Shown here piece by piece: positions 17,870 to 25,604 of a DNA stretch of 32,000 nt. The notes under the pieces were generated by a model. That model searched no databases, was not told the origin of the DNA, and saw only the letters and a program-made list of their open reading frames with translations. This DNA comes from Candidatus Heimdallarchaeota archaeon (GTDB lineage Archaea; Asgardarchaeota; Heimdallarchaeia; Heimdallarchaeales; Kariarchaeaceae): the NCBI GenBank assembly GCA_030149205.1, contig JASBSB010000004.1:120001-152000 (forward strand), read 5' to 3'. The position numbers were made by a program, and so were the translations under genes. Every line of letters starts with the position of its first letter. The stretch's first letter is position 1.

Positions 17870-18277
17870 TTATGACACATTTTTAGACAGTAATTTCATT
17901 ATCTCTAATTGTTTAGGTAATGTAAAATATAATTTTAATTTAGAAATTTTTACCCACTTTAACTCACTATGTTCAACTACCTTAATGTTTTGTAGATTAT
18001 CAGAGTTACAGATGTAATTAATAAGGACAGCAGGAGCTTCTCCTCTGTAAAAATTATACACATGAAACAATTCATATTGAGATATATTTAGGTTTAACTC
18101 CTCTTTCATTTCTCTTCTTAAACATGCCTCAAGAGTTTCATTTGGTTCCAATCGTCCACTGGGGAACTCCCATATATCGATAGGGAAATCTGGTTTAGGG
18201 ATTCTCTTAGCGATTAAAACTTCATTTTGCTCATTTAGAAATATTCCCGCCACAGCTACAACATAACAATTTTCCAT
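17870..18277 (-). CDS. Nudix hydrolase (MutT-like)
   Basis: WEFPSGRLEPNETLEACLRREMKEELN Nudix box. Confidence 0.9.
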   Translation of the reverse strand: MENCYVVAVAGIFLNEQNEVLIAKRIPKPDFPIDIWEFPSGRLEPNETLEACLRREMKEELNLNISQYELFHVYNFYRGEAPAVLINYICNSDNLQNIKVVEHSELKWVKISKLKLYFTLPKQLEIMKLLSKNVS

Positions 18278-18387
18278 GAATTAATTTTATTAATATTTTA
18301 TATAATGTTCTCGAATCACGATGTTCTAATGCATTTCATTTAGTTAATTACTAAATAGCTTTTTAGGATGAGTAAGCATGTAGAAAT

Positions 18388-19197
18388 ATGAAAGAGTTCA
18401 AGGCTTGGTTGTTTGATGGGGACGGTGTCCTGTATCTTCTCAATCAGAGGATAAAAGGGGGAAAAGAATTAATAAATCACCTTCGCTCTGAAAGGAAATT
18501 AATTTACTTAATATCAAATAACTCTACTAAAACATTAGATCAATATGTTAGTAAACTTCAAACTATGGATATACACATACCCAAAGAAAACATTATTACA
18601 TCAGCATATGTTACTGCTGAATACCTAGCAAAGAACTATGATTTTAAGTTTGTATTCGCAGTTGGTGAAGGTGGGTTAACTGATGCGCTAGTTTCAAATA
18701 ACTTTCTAATCACTGATGAAATTGATAAGATTGAGGCGGTAATTGTGGGTATGGATAGGGCATTCACTTATCGAAAGGCTGAAATTGCCTCAAGGGCTAT
18801 TTTAAGAGGTGCTAAATTTTTTGCTACCAACCCAGATAAAAGCTTTCCAACCCCAGAAGGACTCTCTCCCGGAGCTGGTGCAATGATTGCAACGATTAAT
18901 GCAACTACCGAGCAGAAGCCAGAAATAATATTTGGTAAACCAAACAAATATTTATTTGAAAAAGCTCTTTCCCTTTCTGGTCTTCAAAAAGAAGAAGTTG
19001 TAATGGTTGGAGACAGAATAGACACTGACATTCTTGGTGCAACTAACAATGGAATACATTCAATTCTTGTTAGAACTGGCGTATCCTCAGATAAACCTAT
19101 TGATATCTTAAAATCTGAGATGAATACGTATGGAGTAAACCCTGATGTATTTTCATCATGTGAGGAAATATACCAATTTATTTTGAATAGAGAATGA
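18388..19197 (+). CDS. HAD-IIA family hydrolase (NagD-like)
   Basis: FDGDGVLY, SNNS, ATNPD, FGKPN and MVGDRIDTDI motifs. Confidence 0.92.
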   Translation: MKEFKAWLFDGDGVLYLLNQRIKGGKELINHLRSERKLIYLISNNSTKTLDQYVSKLQTMDIHIPKENIITSAYVTAEYLAKNYDFKFVFAVGEGGLTDALVSNNFLITDEIDKIEAVIVGMDRAFTYRKAEIASRAILRGAKFFATNPDKSFPTPEGLSPGAGAMIATINATTEQKPEIIFGKPNKYLFEKALSLSGLQKEEVVMVGDRIDTDILGATNNGIHSILVRTGVSSDKPIDILKSEMNTYGVNPDVFSSCEEIYQFILNRE

Positions 19198-19228
19198 CAC
19201 CAGATTTTAAGTTGAGAAAGATCAAAAA

Positions 19229-20176
19229 TCAACCCATCAGATTCTGATATAAATTTTCTAAATCTTCATCGGAAGAAACTATCAGATCAACATCATTGAG
19301 TTCTTCAGGAGTTAAACTAAAAGTACCTTGTCCTCCAATGGCGATTTGAACATGATCTCCAAGGTTTTCATGGATAAACTTTACCTGCTTAATCAATGTT
19401 GATGAATACAAAGGAGAAACCAGCGAAAAAAATATCCACACTGGAGTCGTATTGATAATTTTCTTTAGAAAAGTCAAGAAATCTTCTGTGGGGACTTTAT
19501 ACCCAAGGTTAATGATTTGGTAGAAAGGATTAAATAAAAATTCTAGAAATATTAAAGGAAGAACATGTTCTTCACCTTCAGCAGGAACTAGGACTATTGT
19601 ACCTCTTTCTTTTTCCTTCGTTTGCTGAGCAATCAAATAACGAAGGTAAGTTTCAATTCTGTAAGATATTATGTGCTCCTCAGAAATTGTCAAAGTACCA
19701 GTTGACCAATCTGTTCCAACTTTCCTCATCAGAGGGGTCATTAGTCTTAAAATTAATTGAGTATCAGTAAGACCAAATGAATTGACAGTTTTGTCTAAGT
19801 AAAAATTGGAATAGCTGTTATCGAGCAAAAGTTTAGTTAGACCTTCTAGGTCATCTGCATTAAGAACTTTAGTTTTGTTTACCTTTGGCTTTGAGGGTGG
19901 TTGCTTTTCATCAGCCCTAAAGTATTGCTCAACAATTGAATCTCCGACTAATGTGATTACAGTGTATCTTCCCCTTCTTAAATGTCTCTTTTCAACATTT
20001 ATAACCCTTTTAAGCTTGAGTTCCTTCATTGCGTTTGAAATTGTGCTAGATTTTAATCCATACTCGTCTCTGAACTCTGAAATTGGAACCTCTCTTCCCC
20101 GATTCAATTTAAGATGTCTTAAAATCACCTCTTTTGCTGAAAGTTTTTCTATGTTTTGAATTTTATTGTTCAACAT
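19229..20176 (-). CDS. Winged-HTH + cobalamin-binding transcriptional regulator, CarH-like
   Basis: N-terminal ~78 aa wHTH (ISEFRDEYGLKSSTISNAMKELK...RGRYTVI); B12 cap with W157-x9-E167-H168; Rossmann domain with E202-x-H204, NLG and GG; 20 bp downstream of crtB. Confidence 0.8.
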   Translation of the reverse strand: MLNNKIQNIEKLSAKEVILRHLKLNRGREVPISEFRDEYGLKSSTISNAMKELKLKRVINVEKRHLRRGRYTVITLVGDSIVEQYFRADEKQPPSKPKVNKTKVLNADDLEGLTKLLLDNSYSNFYLDKTVNSFGLTDTQLILRLMTPLMRKVGTDWSTGTLTISEEHIISYRIETYLRYLIAQQTKEKERGTIVLVPAEGEEHVLPLIFLEFLFNPFYQIINLGYKVPTEDFLTFLKKIINTTPVWIFFSLVSPLYSSTLIKQVKFIHENLGDHVQIAIGGQGTFSLTPEELNDVDLIVSSDEDLENLYQNLMG

Positions 20177-20185
20177 TTTATCATC

Positions 20186-20199
20186 CTGTTCATGAACTA
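20186..20199. promoter_or_regulatory. Candidate operator, copy 1 (CTGTTCATGAACTA)
   Basis: 12/14 match to the palindrome TAGTTCATGAACTA with a perfect 10-bp core; lies at the crtB stop, immediately upstream of the SD-like AGGATGA of the B12 regulator. Confidence 0.55.
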
Positions 20200-21207
20200 A
20201 AAAGGATTGTTCACAGCTGTCAACGATTGTAAGTTATGACAGCTAAAAACCTCAATTGGCTTCTCCTTTATATTGATCTTGAGTTTCAGGGCTATTGCAA
20301 TTTTTCGAATCTTTGATACGACTACCCTCTTTTTTAATACCGGGTAGTTTTCTCTTTGGCTTTGAAGCACGATCTCCCTGTAAACCTTTCCAGCAAGAAT
20401 TAAAGGATAATGAGCATACTCAGGCAGATGATAGATTGAGTACATAGAATCTTCGTACATCTGAAGAACGAGTTTTGATAAGTATTTCATAAACCCTGTA
20501 AAGTTCTCCTCATATTCATTTCCCTCTATTAGTTCGGCTATGTTGTGAATTCCAAAGGAACTAAGCATTTCTTTTGGTAAATATATCCTACCATTGTCAT
20601 AATCCTCTTTAACATCTCTGAGAATGTTTGTAAGTTGCATTGCCTCACCTAATAGCTTTGCTTTTCTTAAAATTTTTTCATTTGGGTTTTTCATTATTAA
20701 GTGTGTCATTATACAACCCACCGTCCCAGCTACAGAATAAGCATATTCTTGAAGTTCCTGGAAGGTATTAAACTGTGTCATCTCCAGGTCATTCTTCATT
20801 CCTGAGATCATGTCTCTGAAATAATGAATTGGTATTTTTGAGCTTCTAATTGTGTTTTGTACTAATCTTAGAATGGGGTGATTAGGGATAAATGAGGACA
20901 GGTTATTGAGGAAAAAATCAAGTTCAGATAAGTATTGGTATTTTTTAGATTTTTCTAGCTCAATTGAGTCAGTTATATCATCTAAGATCCTCAAGAATGA
21001 ATAGATTACCTGAACCTTCATGTTAACATCTTCAGGAAAGAACTTTGATGCAAAAGAAAAAGATTTGGCCTTTATATTCATTATATCATAACAATATTTC
21101 CTAGCGACCTCTTCCCCTTTGTTCATGTTTACAATTGGATACATTTCAAATAGGTAATGCTCTAGATTAGATAATTCTGTATTGAGCAGTAAATCATAAT
21201 AGTTCAT
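20197..21207 (-). CDS. crtB: Phytoene synthase
   Basis: SFSFASKFFP, ILDDITD (DDxxD), YAYSVAGTVG, LGEAMQLTNILRDVKEDYDNGRIYLP. Confidence 0.95.
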   Translation of the reverse strand: MNYYDLLLNTELSNLEHYLFEMYPIVNMNKGEEVARKYCYDIMNIKAKSFSFASKFFPEDVNMKVQVIYSFLRILDDITDSIELEKSKKYQYLSELDFFLNNLSSFIPNHPILRLVQNTIRSSKIPIHYFRDMISGMKNDLEMTQFNTFQELQEYAYSVAGTVGCIMTHLIMKNPNEKILRKAKLLGEAMQLTNILRDVKEDYDNGRIYLPKEMLSSFGIHNIAELIEGNEYEENFTGFMKYLSKLVLQMYEDSMYSIYHLPEYAHYPLILAGKVYREIVLQSQRENYPVLKKRVVVSKIRKIAIALKLKINIKEKPIEVFSCHNLQSLTAVNNPF

Positions 21208-21213
21208 GAATAA
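21200..21213. promoter_or_regulatory. Candidate operator, copy 2 (TAGTTCATGAATAA)
   Basis: 12/14 match to the palindrome; overlaps the crtB start codon. Confidence 0.55.
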
Positions 21214-21218
21214 TTGAA

Positions 21219-21232
21219 TAGTTCATAAACTT
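21219..21232. promoter_or_regulatory. Candidate operator, copy 3 (TAGTTCATAAACTT)
   Basis: 12/14 match to the palindrome; 19 bp from copy 2 and adjacent to the TATA element. Confidence 0.55.
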
Positions 21233-21235
21233 GTA

Positions 21236-21243
21236 TTTATATA
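21236..21243. promoter_or_regulatory. Probable bidirectional TATA box for crtB and crtI
   Basis: TTTATATA on + and TATATAAA on -; ends 23 bp before the crtI ATG (21266) and 29 bp from the crtB ATG (21207), in a 58-bp divergent gap. Confidence 0.55.
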
Positions 21244-21265
21244 TTAGCTTTTATGACAATCATTA

Positions 21266-22753
21266 ATGATGAAGCAGAAAAAGTCTGTTGTTGTTATCGG
21301 AAGCGGGTTTGGTGGATTAACTACTGCGATTAAGTTATTGAACAAGGGGTTTCAGGTAACTGTTTTAGAGAAAAATGAACAGATAGGTGGAAGAGCTTCA
21401 GTGCTTGAAAAAAACGGGTTTAAGTTTGACATGGGTCCAACAGTAATTACTGTACCAGAAATTTTTAGATCACTTTTTGAAGAATCTGGAAAAAATCTTG
21501 ACAATTATGTAGAACTATTACCAGTTTATCCCTTCTATAGGATTTATTTTGATGATAAAAGTAAATTTGACTATGGTACACCTGAAGACAATATCAGACA
21601 GATTAAAGAGCTAGAACCTGAAGATTTAAACGGTTACAGGCGTATGTTAAAGGATATTGAACCCATTTATAAAAAAGGGTATTTGGAACTTGCTACCAAA
21701 CCATTTTTGACAGTGTTTAGTATGTTAAAGATTGCACCTCTATTGTTTAAGCTCAAGGGCTATTTAACAAATTATCAGTTTGTAAGTAGGTACGTGCAAA
21801 ATAATAAATTAAGGCAGGTTTTCTCTTTTCATCCACTTTTGATTGGAGGAAACCCATTTTCTGTACCCTCAATTTACTCCTTAATTCAATACATAGAGAA
21901 AGAATATGGGATATGGTATCCAAGGGGTGGAACTGGGAGACTTGTGAAGAGTATGGGTCAATTGATTGAAGAGTTAGGAGGGGAGATTAAGCTAAATTCA
22001 GAAGTCGTCAATTTGGAAATTACCGATAAGAGGGTCACAGGGGTCATGATTAAATCTGGTGAAGTGCTTCATCCAGATTTTGTTGTTTCCAATGCCGACG
22101 TTGCAACCACCTACACAAAGTTGATAGACAAAAGATGGAGAAAGAAAAATTCTAATAAGAGATACGAAAAGGCTAAATACAGTATGAGTCTGTTTCTTAT
22201 TTATTTTGGGACGAAGAAGAAATATCCTGAAATGAAACATCACACAATTATCCTCGGGCCAAGATACAAGGGGTTGTTAGAAGATATATTTAAGAAAAAG
22301 ATATTAGCGGATGATTTTTCATCTTATCTACATGTTCCTTCACTAACTGACCCAGAGATGGCTCCAAAAGGGCATGAGGCATTTTATATTCTTGTACCTG
22401 TACCAAATCTGGATGCAGACATCAATTGGAAAGAAATGGGGGCCAAGTTAAAAACAAAGGTCTTAAACTTTCTTGATGAATTCTATTTGGAGGGGCTTCT
22501 TGAAAACCTGGTTGTGGATGAGATCTTTACCCCAAATGACTTTGCTACCAGATATCAATCATACAAAGGCACAGGTTTCAGTTTAGAGCCAACTATGAGA
22601 CAATCTGCTTATTTTCGTCCACATAACAGATCTGAAGATATCACAAATCTATATATCTCTGGAGCTGGAACACATCCTGGGGCTGGATTGCCAGGAGTTG
22701 TAGCCAGTGGCGAGATAACTGCAAATCTGATAGATGAGGATGCACATGCTTAG
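21266..22753 (+). CDS. crtI: Phytoene desaturase (CrtI family)
   Basis: VIGSGFGG FAD motif, EKNEQIGGRA, FDMGPTVIT, FSFHPLLIGGNPF, GAGTHPGAGLPGV. Confidence 0.96.
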   Translation: MMKQKKSVVVIGSGFGGLTTAIKLLNKGFQVTVLEKNEQIGGRASVLEKNGFKFDMGPTVITVPEIFRSLFEESGKNLDNYVELLPVYPFYRIYFDDKSKFDYGTPEDNIRQIKELEPEDLNGYRRMLKDIEPIYKKGYLELATKPFLTVFSMLKIAPLLFKLKGYLTNYQFVSRYVQNNKLRQVFSFHPLLIGGNPFSVPSIYSLIQYIEKEYGIWYPRGGTGRLVKSMGQLIEELGGEIKLNSEVVNLEITDKRVTGVMIKSGEVLHPDFVVSNADVATTYTKLIDKRWRKKNSNKRYEKAKYSMSLFLIYFGTKKKYPEMKHHTIILGPRYKGLLEDIFKKKILADDFSSYLHVPSLTDPEMAPKGHEAFYILVPVPNLDADINWKEMGAKLKTKVLNFLDEFYLEGLLENLVVDEIFTPNDFATRYQSYKGTGFSLEPTMRQSAYFRPHNRSEDITNLYISGAGTHPGAGLPGVVASGEITANLIDEDAHA

Positions 22754-23549
22754 CTACTCTTTGGTTCTGTTTGTATTCGTGGGGATTCCGACTCTTATCC
22801 TGGTGTTCATTTCCCTTTCAGTCAAAGTATTAAACAAACAGACTTCACTCTATTTATTATCTCTATCTGTTATTGCTGTTTTGTATACTACTCCCTGGGA
22901 CAATTATTTGGTGTATCATTCAGTTTGGTATTACGACCAGAATAAAATCTGGAATGTGTTCATTTGGTTTGTTCCACTGGAAGAATACTTATTTTTTGTA
23001 ATTCAGACATGGTTTACAGGGTTAGTAACGTTGTTACTAATACACAACCAAGATAAAATTAAGAACAACCATGAAATTATTAAAGTACCTAGTGAGTCAA
23101 GGGCAAAATTGACCTGGGTAATTAATGAAGCTGTGAATAATGTTAGAGAACCCAAGGCCATACTTTTAATTTCACTCACAGTTATGTCTAGCCTTTTACT
23201 CTGGCTATTTAAATTTTCGACACTTTTTTACTTTTTATTGATAACTGCTTGGGCTTTGTACCCAATCACTCTTCAGTTGGTTGTGGGGTTCAGATTTATT
23301 GGAAGATACGGGTCTTCCCTTCTTGCGGGGGTAACATTAACTTCACTCTATCTTTGTATAGTTGATTATATCTCAATAAACGATAAAGTTTGGGAAATCA
23401 ACAAGTTATACACAATAAATGGTTTAGGAGTCGGGGTACTTCCATTTGAAGAGATCTGGTTTTTCATTATTACAAATGTACTTGTCTCACTTGGAATCAT
23501 TCTGTTCTCTGTTATTGGGGGAATATCTGAATCTGTATCTGTCGATTAG
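22734..23549 (+). CDS. crtY: Membrane-type lycopene cyclase with two cyclase domains (CrtYcd-like)
   Basis: Two repeats with TTPWDNYLV..VWYY / PLEEYLFF and DYISINDKVWEI / PFEEIWFF. Likely start is ATG 22746, overlapping the crtI stop. Confidence 0.85.
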   Translation: MRMHMLSYSLVLFVFVGIPTLILVFISLSVKVLNKQTSLYLLSLSVIAVLYTTPWDNYLVYHSVWYYDQNKIWNVFIWFVPLEEYLFFVIQTWFTGLVTLLLIHNQDKIKNNHEIIKVPSESRAKLTWVINEAVNNVREPKAILLISLTVMSSLLLWLFKFSTLFYFLLITAWALYPITLQLVVGFRFIGRYGSSLLAGVTLTSLYLCIVDYISINDKVWEINKLYTINGLGVGVLPFEEIWFFIITNVLVSLGIILFSVIGGISESVSVD

Positions 23550-24279
23550 TGAGTCTATTCGTTACTAACCTACAGGACACTAAACTTTAACATAATATTG
23601 AAAATCTACTGAGATATTGATACAGTCGGTTGCATAATACGGTCTCTGTGATTTTGTTATCAAATGGAGGTTATCAGATCAAGGACCCTCAATATACAAT
23701 ATCTCATTTTAAACACATGATACACTATACATGTTGCATAATATGTAATACATAATAATTATCACTCAATACATAATACACAATACATGGTGTAATGCAT
23801 GATGTGTAAAGCATGATGTACCAAATAGGGATTACTATGCACAGTAGTTGCTTCCAATTTTGATTTGGCATCCTTATTTTGCTCTATATCGCTGTGAATT
23901 ATATATTCGGTAATTGTCCATATAAGATCATGTTAGAATATAATATATAATACACAATGCACTATACATACTTGGTAACATGCATGTTCGTTCATGCATG
24001 GTGCACGATACAGGTTACATAATGCAGCATGCTCTGACTTTATTGCAGATTATTCAATTACCGTCAGTACAATTAGGTTCCAAATCCTTTAATGTTCGGA
24101 GGAACTGGATCACTAATTAGTATATTTTAATGTATTAAATCGAAAATCAACGGTTAATGGAAACTATAAGTAAATGTATAGAACAGAGGTAACTGTAATG
24201 GACTTGAAGTTAATAGAATCTATTTGGTTTAATTTCTAGGACTAAAAAATTTGTTTAAAGGTTATTCTGGCAAGAAGGC
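23550..24279. other. 730-bp non-coding island with short palindromes and dispersed direct repeats
   Basis: No ORF in the track; dense CATG/TGCA/ATACA motifs; AACATGCATGTT palindrome at 23977-23988; ATAATACACAAT at 23773 and 23947; CACTATACAT at 23723 and 23960. Confidence 0.6.
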
Positions 24280-24597
24280 TTAATTTACCATTACCTGTAT
24301 TTTGTTTCTCTCTACCCTTTCAAAGCCAATTTCGTCAGCTATCATGTTATACTCTGAAATAAGCTTTTTCAGTTTTTGTTCATAATTTTCAGATCTAACA
24401 GAGGAATCCTCAGCCAGCATGTTTTTGATGCTTTTTGTGACACTATTAATTTTTGCAACTTTTTGTTTAAAACAAATTTCACAGTGATTATGTTGAACGA
24501 TTGGATTGCGACCACAAGATATACAATTCATAATTAGATTAGGCATTAAAGTTATAAAAACTCGTTCTACGATTATTCGTAGTAGGTGATAGCGCAC
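24280..24597 (-). CDS. Small CxxC-x10-CxxC (putative zinc-binding) plus helical protein
   Basis: CISC...CEIC followed by a heptad-like helical region. Likely start is ATG 24531, with TTTATAA about 25 bp upstream. Confidence 0.6.
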   Translation of the reverse strand: MRYHLLRIIVERVFITLMPNLIMNCISCGRNPIVQHNHCEICFKQKVAKINSVTKSIKNMLAEDSSVRSENYEQKLKKLISEYNMIADEIGFERVERNKIQVMVN

Positions 24598-24740
24598 TGG
24601 TTGAGTTATTGGATATAGCTCTGATTATACGTAAATCTTGAAAACAAATGGAAGATAGTCAAAATATCATGATAACATTTGAGTAAAATTAAAAAAAATG
24701 GAAAAAGTGGGTATTTTGATTTAAAAAGCATTTAACACAT

Positions 24741-25511
24741 TTACAAGAATATTTTAGAAAATTTGGTTGCGTCCAAAGAGGCTGTTCCAATCAGACCCCC
24801 ATTGATGTCAGGAATTTGTAGCAACTCTTTTGCATTATCAGCATTCATCGATCCACCATATTGTAACGGAAGCAACTTTCCAACATCTCCGAATTTCTTT
24901 ACCAAGTGACTTCGAATAAAGGAATGAGTTTGTTCTGCTTCTTTAGGAGTCGCGGCTCTAATAGTTTCATCTTTGTTTAGAAGGGGGTTATTAATGGCCC
25001 ATACAGGTTCATATGCAATTACAATGTCTTCTAACTGATTACCAGTAACCCCTTGGAGACCAATATCCAGCTGTTCTATTAAGACCTTTTCTGTCATATT
25101 GTTTCTTCTTTCTGCTGCTGTTTCTCCAATACAAAGTACTGGTTTAAGGCCATTTTCCAGTGTGATCAATACCTTTCTGTTCGTAGATTCATTGGTTTCT
25201 GAAAAGATATGACGCCTTTCACTGTGCCCTATAATGACATATTCAACATTAAATTCCTTTAACGAGGCAACTGAAATTTCACCAGTTAGCGCTCCACTGA
25301 CTTTTTCAGAGACATTTTGAGCTGCAAGTTTAATTTGTGTTCCATTTACATTCTCAGCAACCATTGGTATGAATATAGCAGGAGGTGCAACAAAGATTTC
25401 TGCTGATGGATTGTTCTCAGCCATGATATTTTTCAGGTCATTTAACAACTGTTCTATCTCTTGTTTTTTAACAAGTTTTAATTTCCAGTTACCACCGAAA
25501 ATTTGTTTCAT
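24741..25511 (-). CDS. tpiA: Triosephosphate isomerase, long (bacterial/eukaryotic-type) form with altered loop 6
   Basis: NWK, AAQN, GHSERR, CIGET, AYEPVWAI, YGGS; 256 aa. Confidence 0.93.
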   Translation of the reverse strand: MKQIFGGNWKLKLVKKQEIEQLLNDLKNIMAENNPSAEIFVAPPAIFIPMVAENVNGTQIKLAAQNVSEKVSGALTGEISVASLKEFNVEYVIIGHSERRHIFSETNESTNRKVLITLENGLKPVLCIGETAAERRNNMTEKVLIEQLDIGLQGVTGNQLEDIVIAYEPVWAINNPLLNKDETIRAATPKEAEQTHSFIRSHLVKKFGDVGKLLPLQYGGSMNADNAKELLQIPDINGGLIGTASLDATKFSKIFL

Positions 25512-25604
25512 GCAATTCTTTGATCATGGTTTTAATTTAAGTATAATACAAGTGATAAACAATAATTGGTAGATTAGTTCTTTTGATTTTGGAATTCTTC
25601 GAAC

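Noticed and set aside
18388-19197. HAD-IIA hydrolase as part of the carotenoid regulon
   Set aside because: Convergent with the regulator, no operator-like motif upstream, and the family is a common housekeeping one.
21208-21265. Classical CarH operator (tandem 11-bp direct repeats with TnnACA)
   Set aside because: No such phased repeats were found by eye in the crtB-crtI gap; TnnACA hits in the 23.7-kb island are not spaced at 11 bp.
1042-23549. Interpreting the NOL-like SDR plus crt genes as evidence of photosynthesis
   Set aside because: No reaction-centre, (bacterio)chlorophyll synthesis or opsin gene is present; the SDR substrate is unproven and it lies about 18 kb from the crt cluster.
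23550-24279. CRISPR array, tRNA or Cys/His-rich peptide gene in the non-coding island
   Set aside because: No regularly spaced 25-40-bp repeats, no cas genes, no cloverleaf; the frames I read close within about 20 codons.
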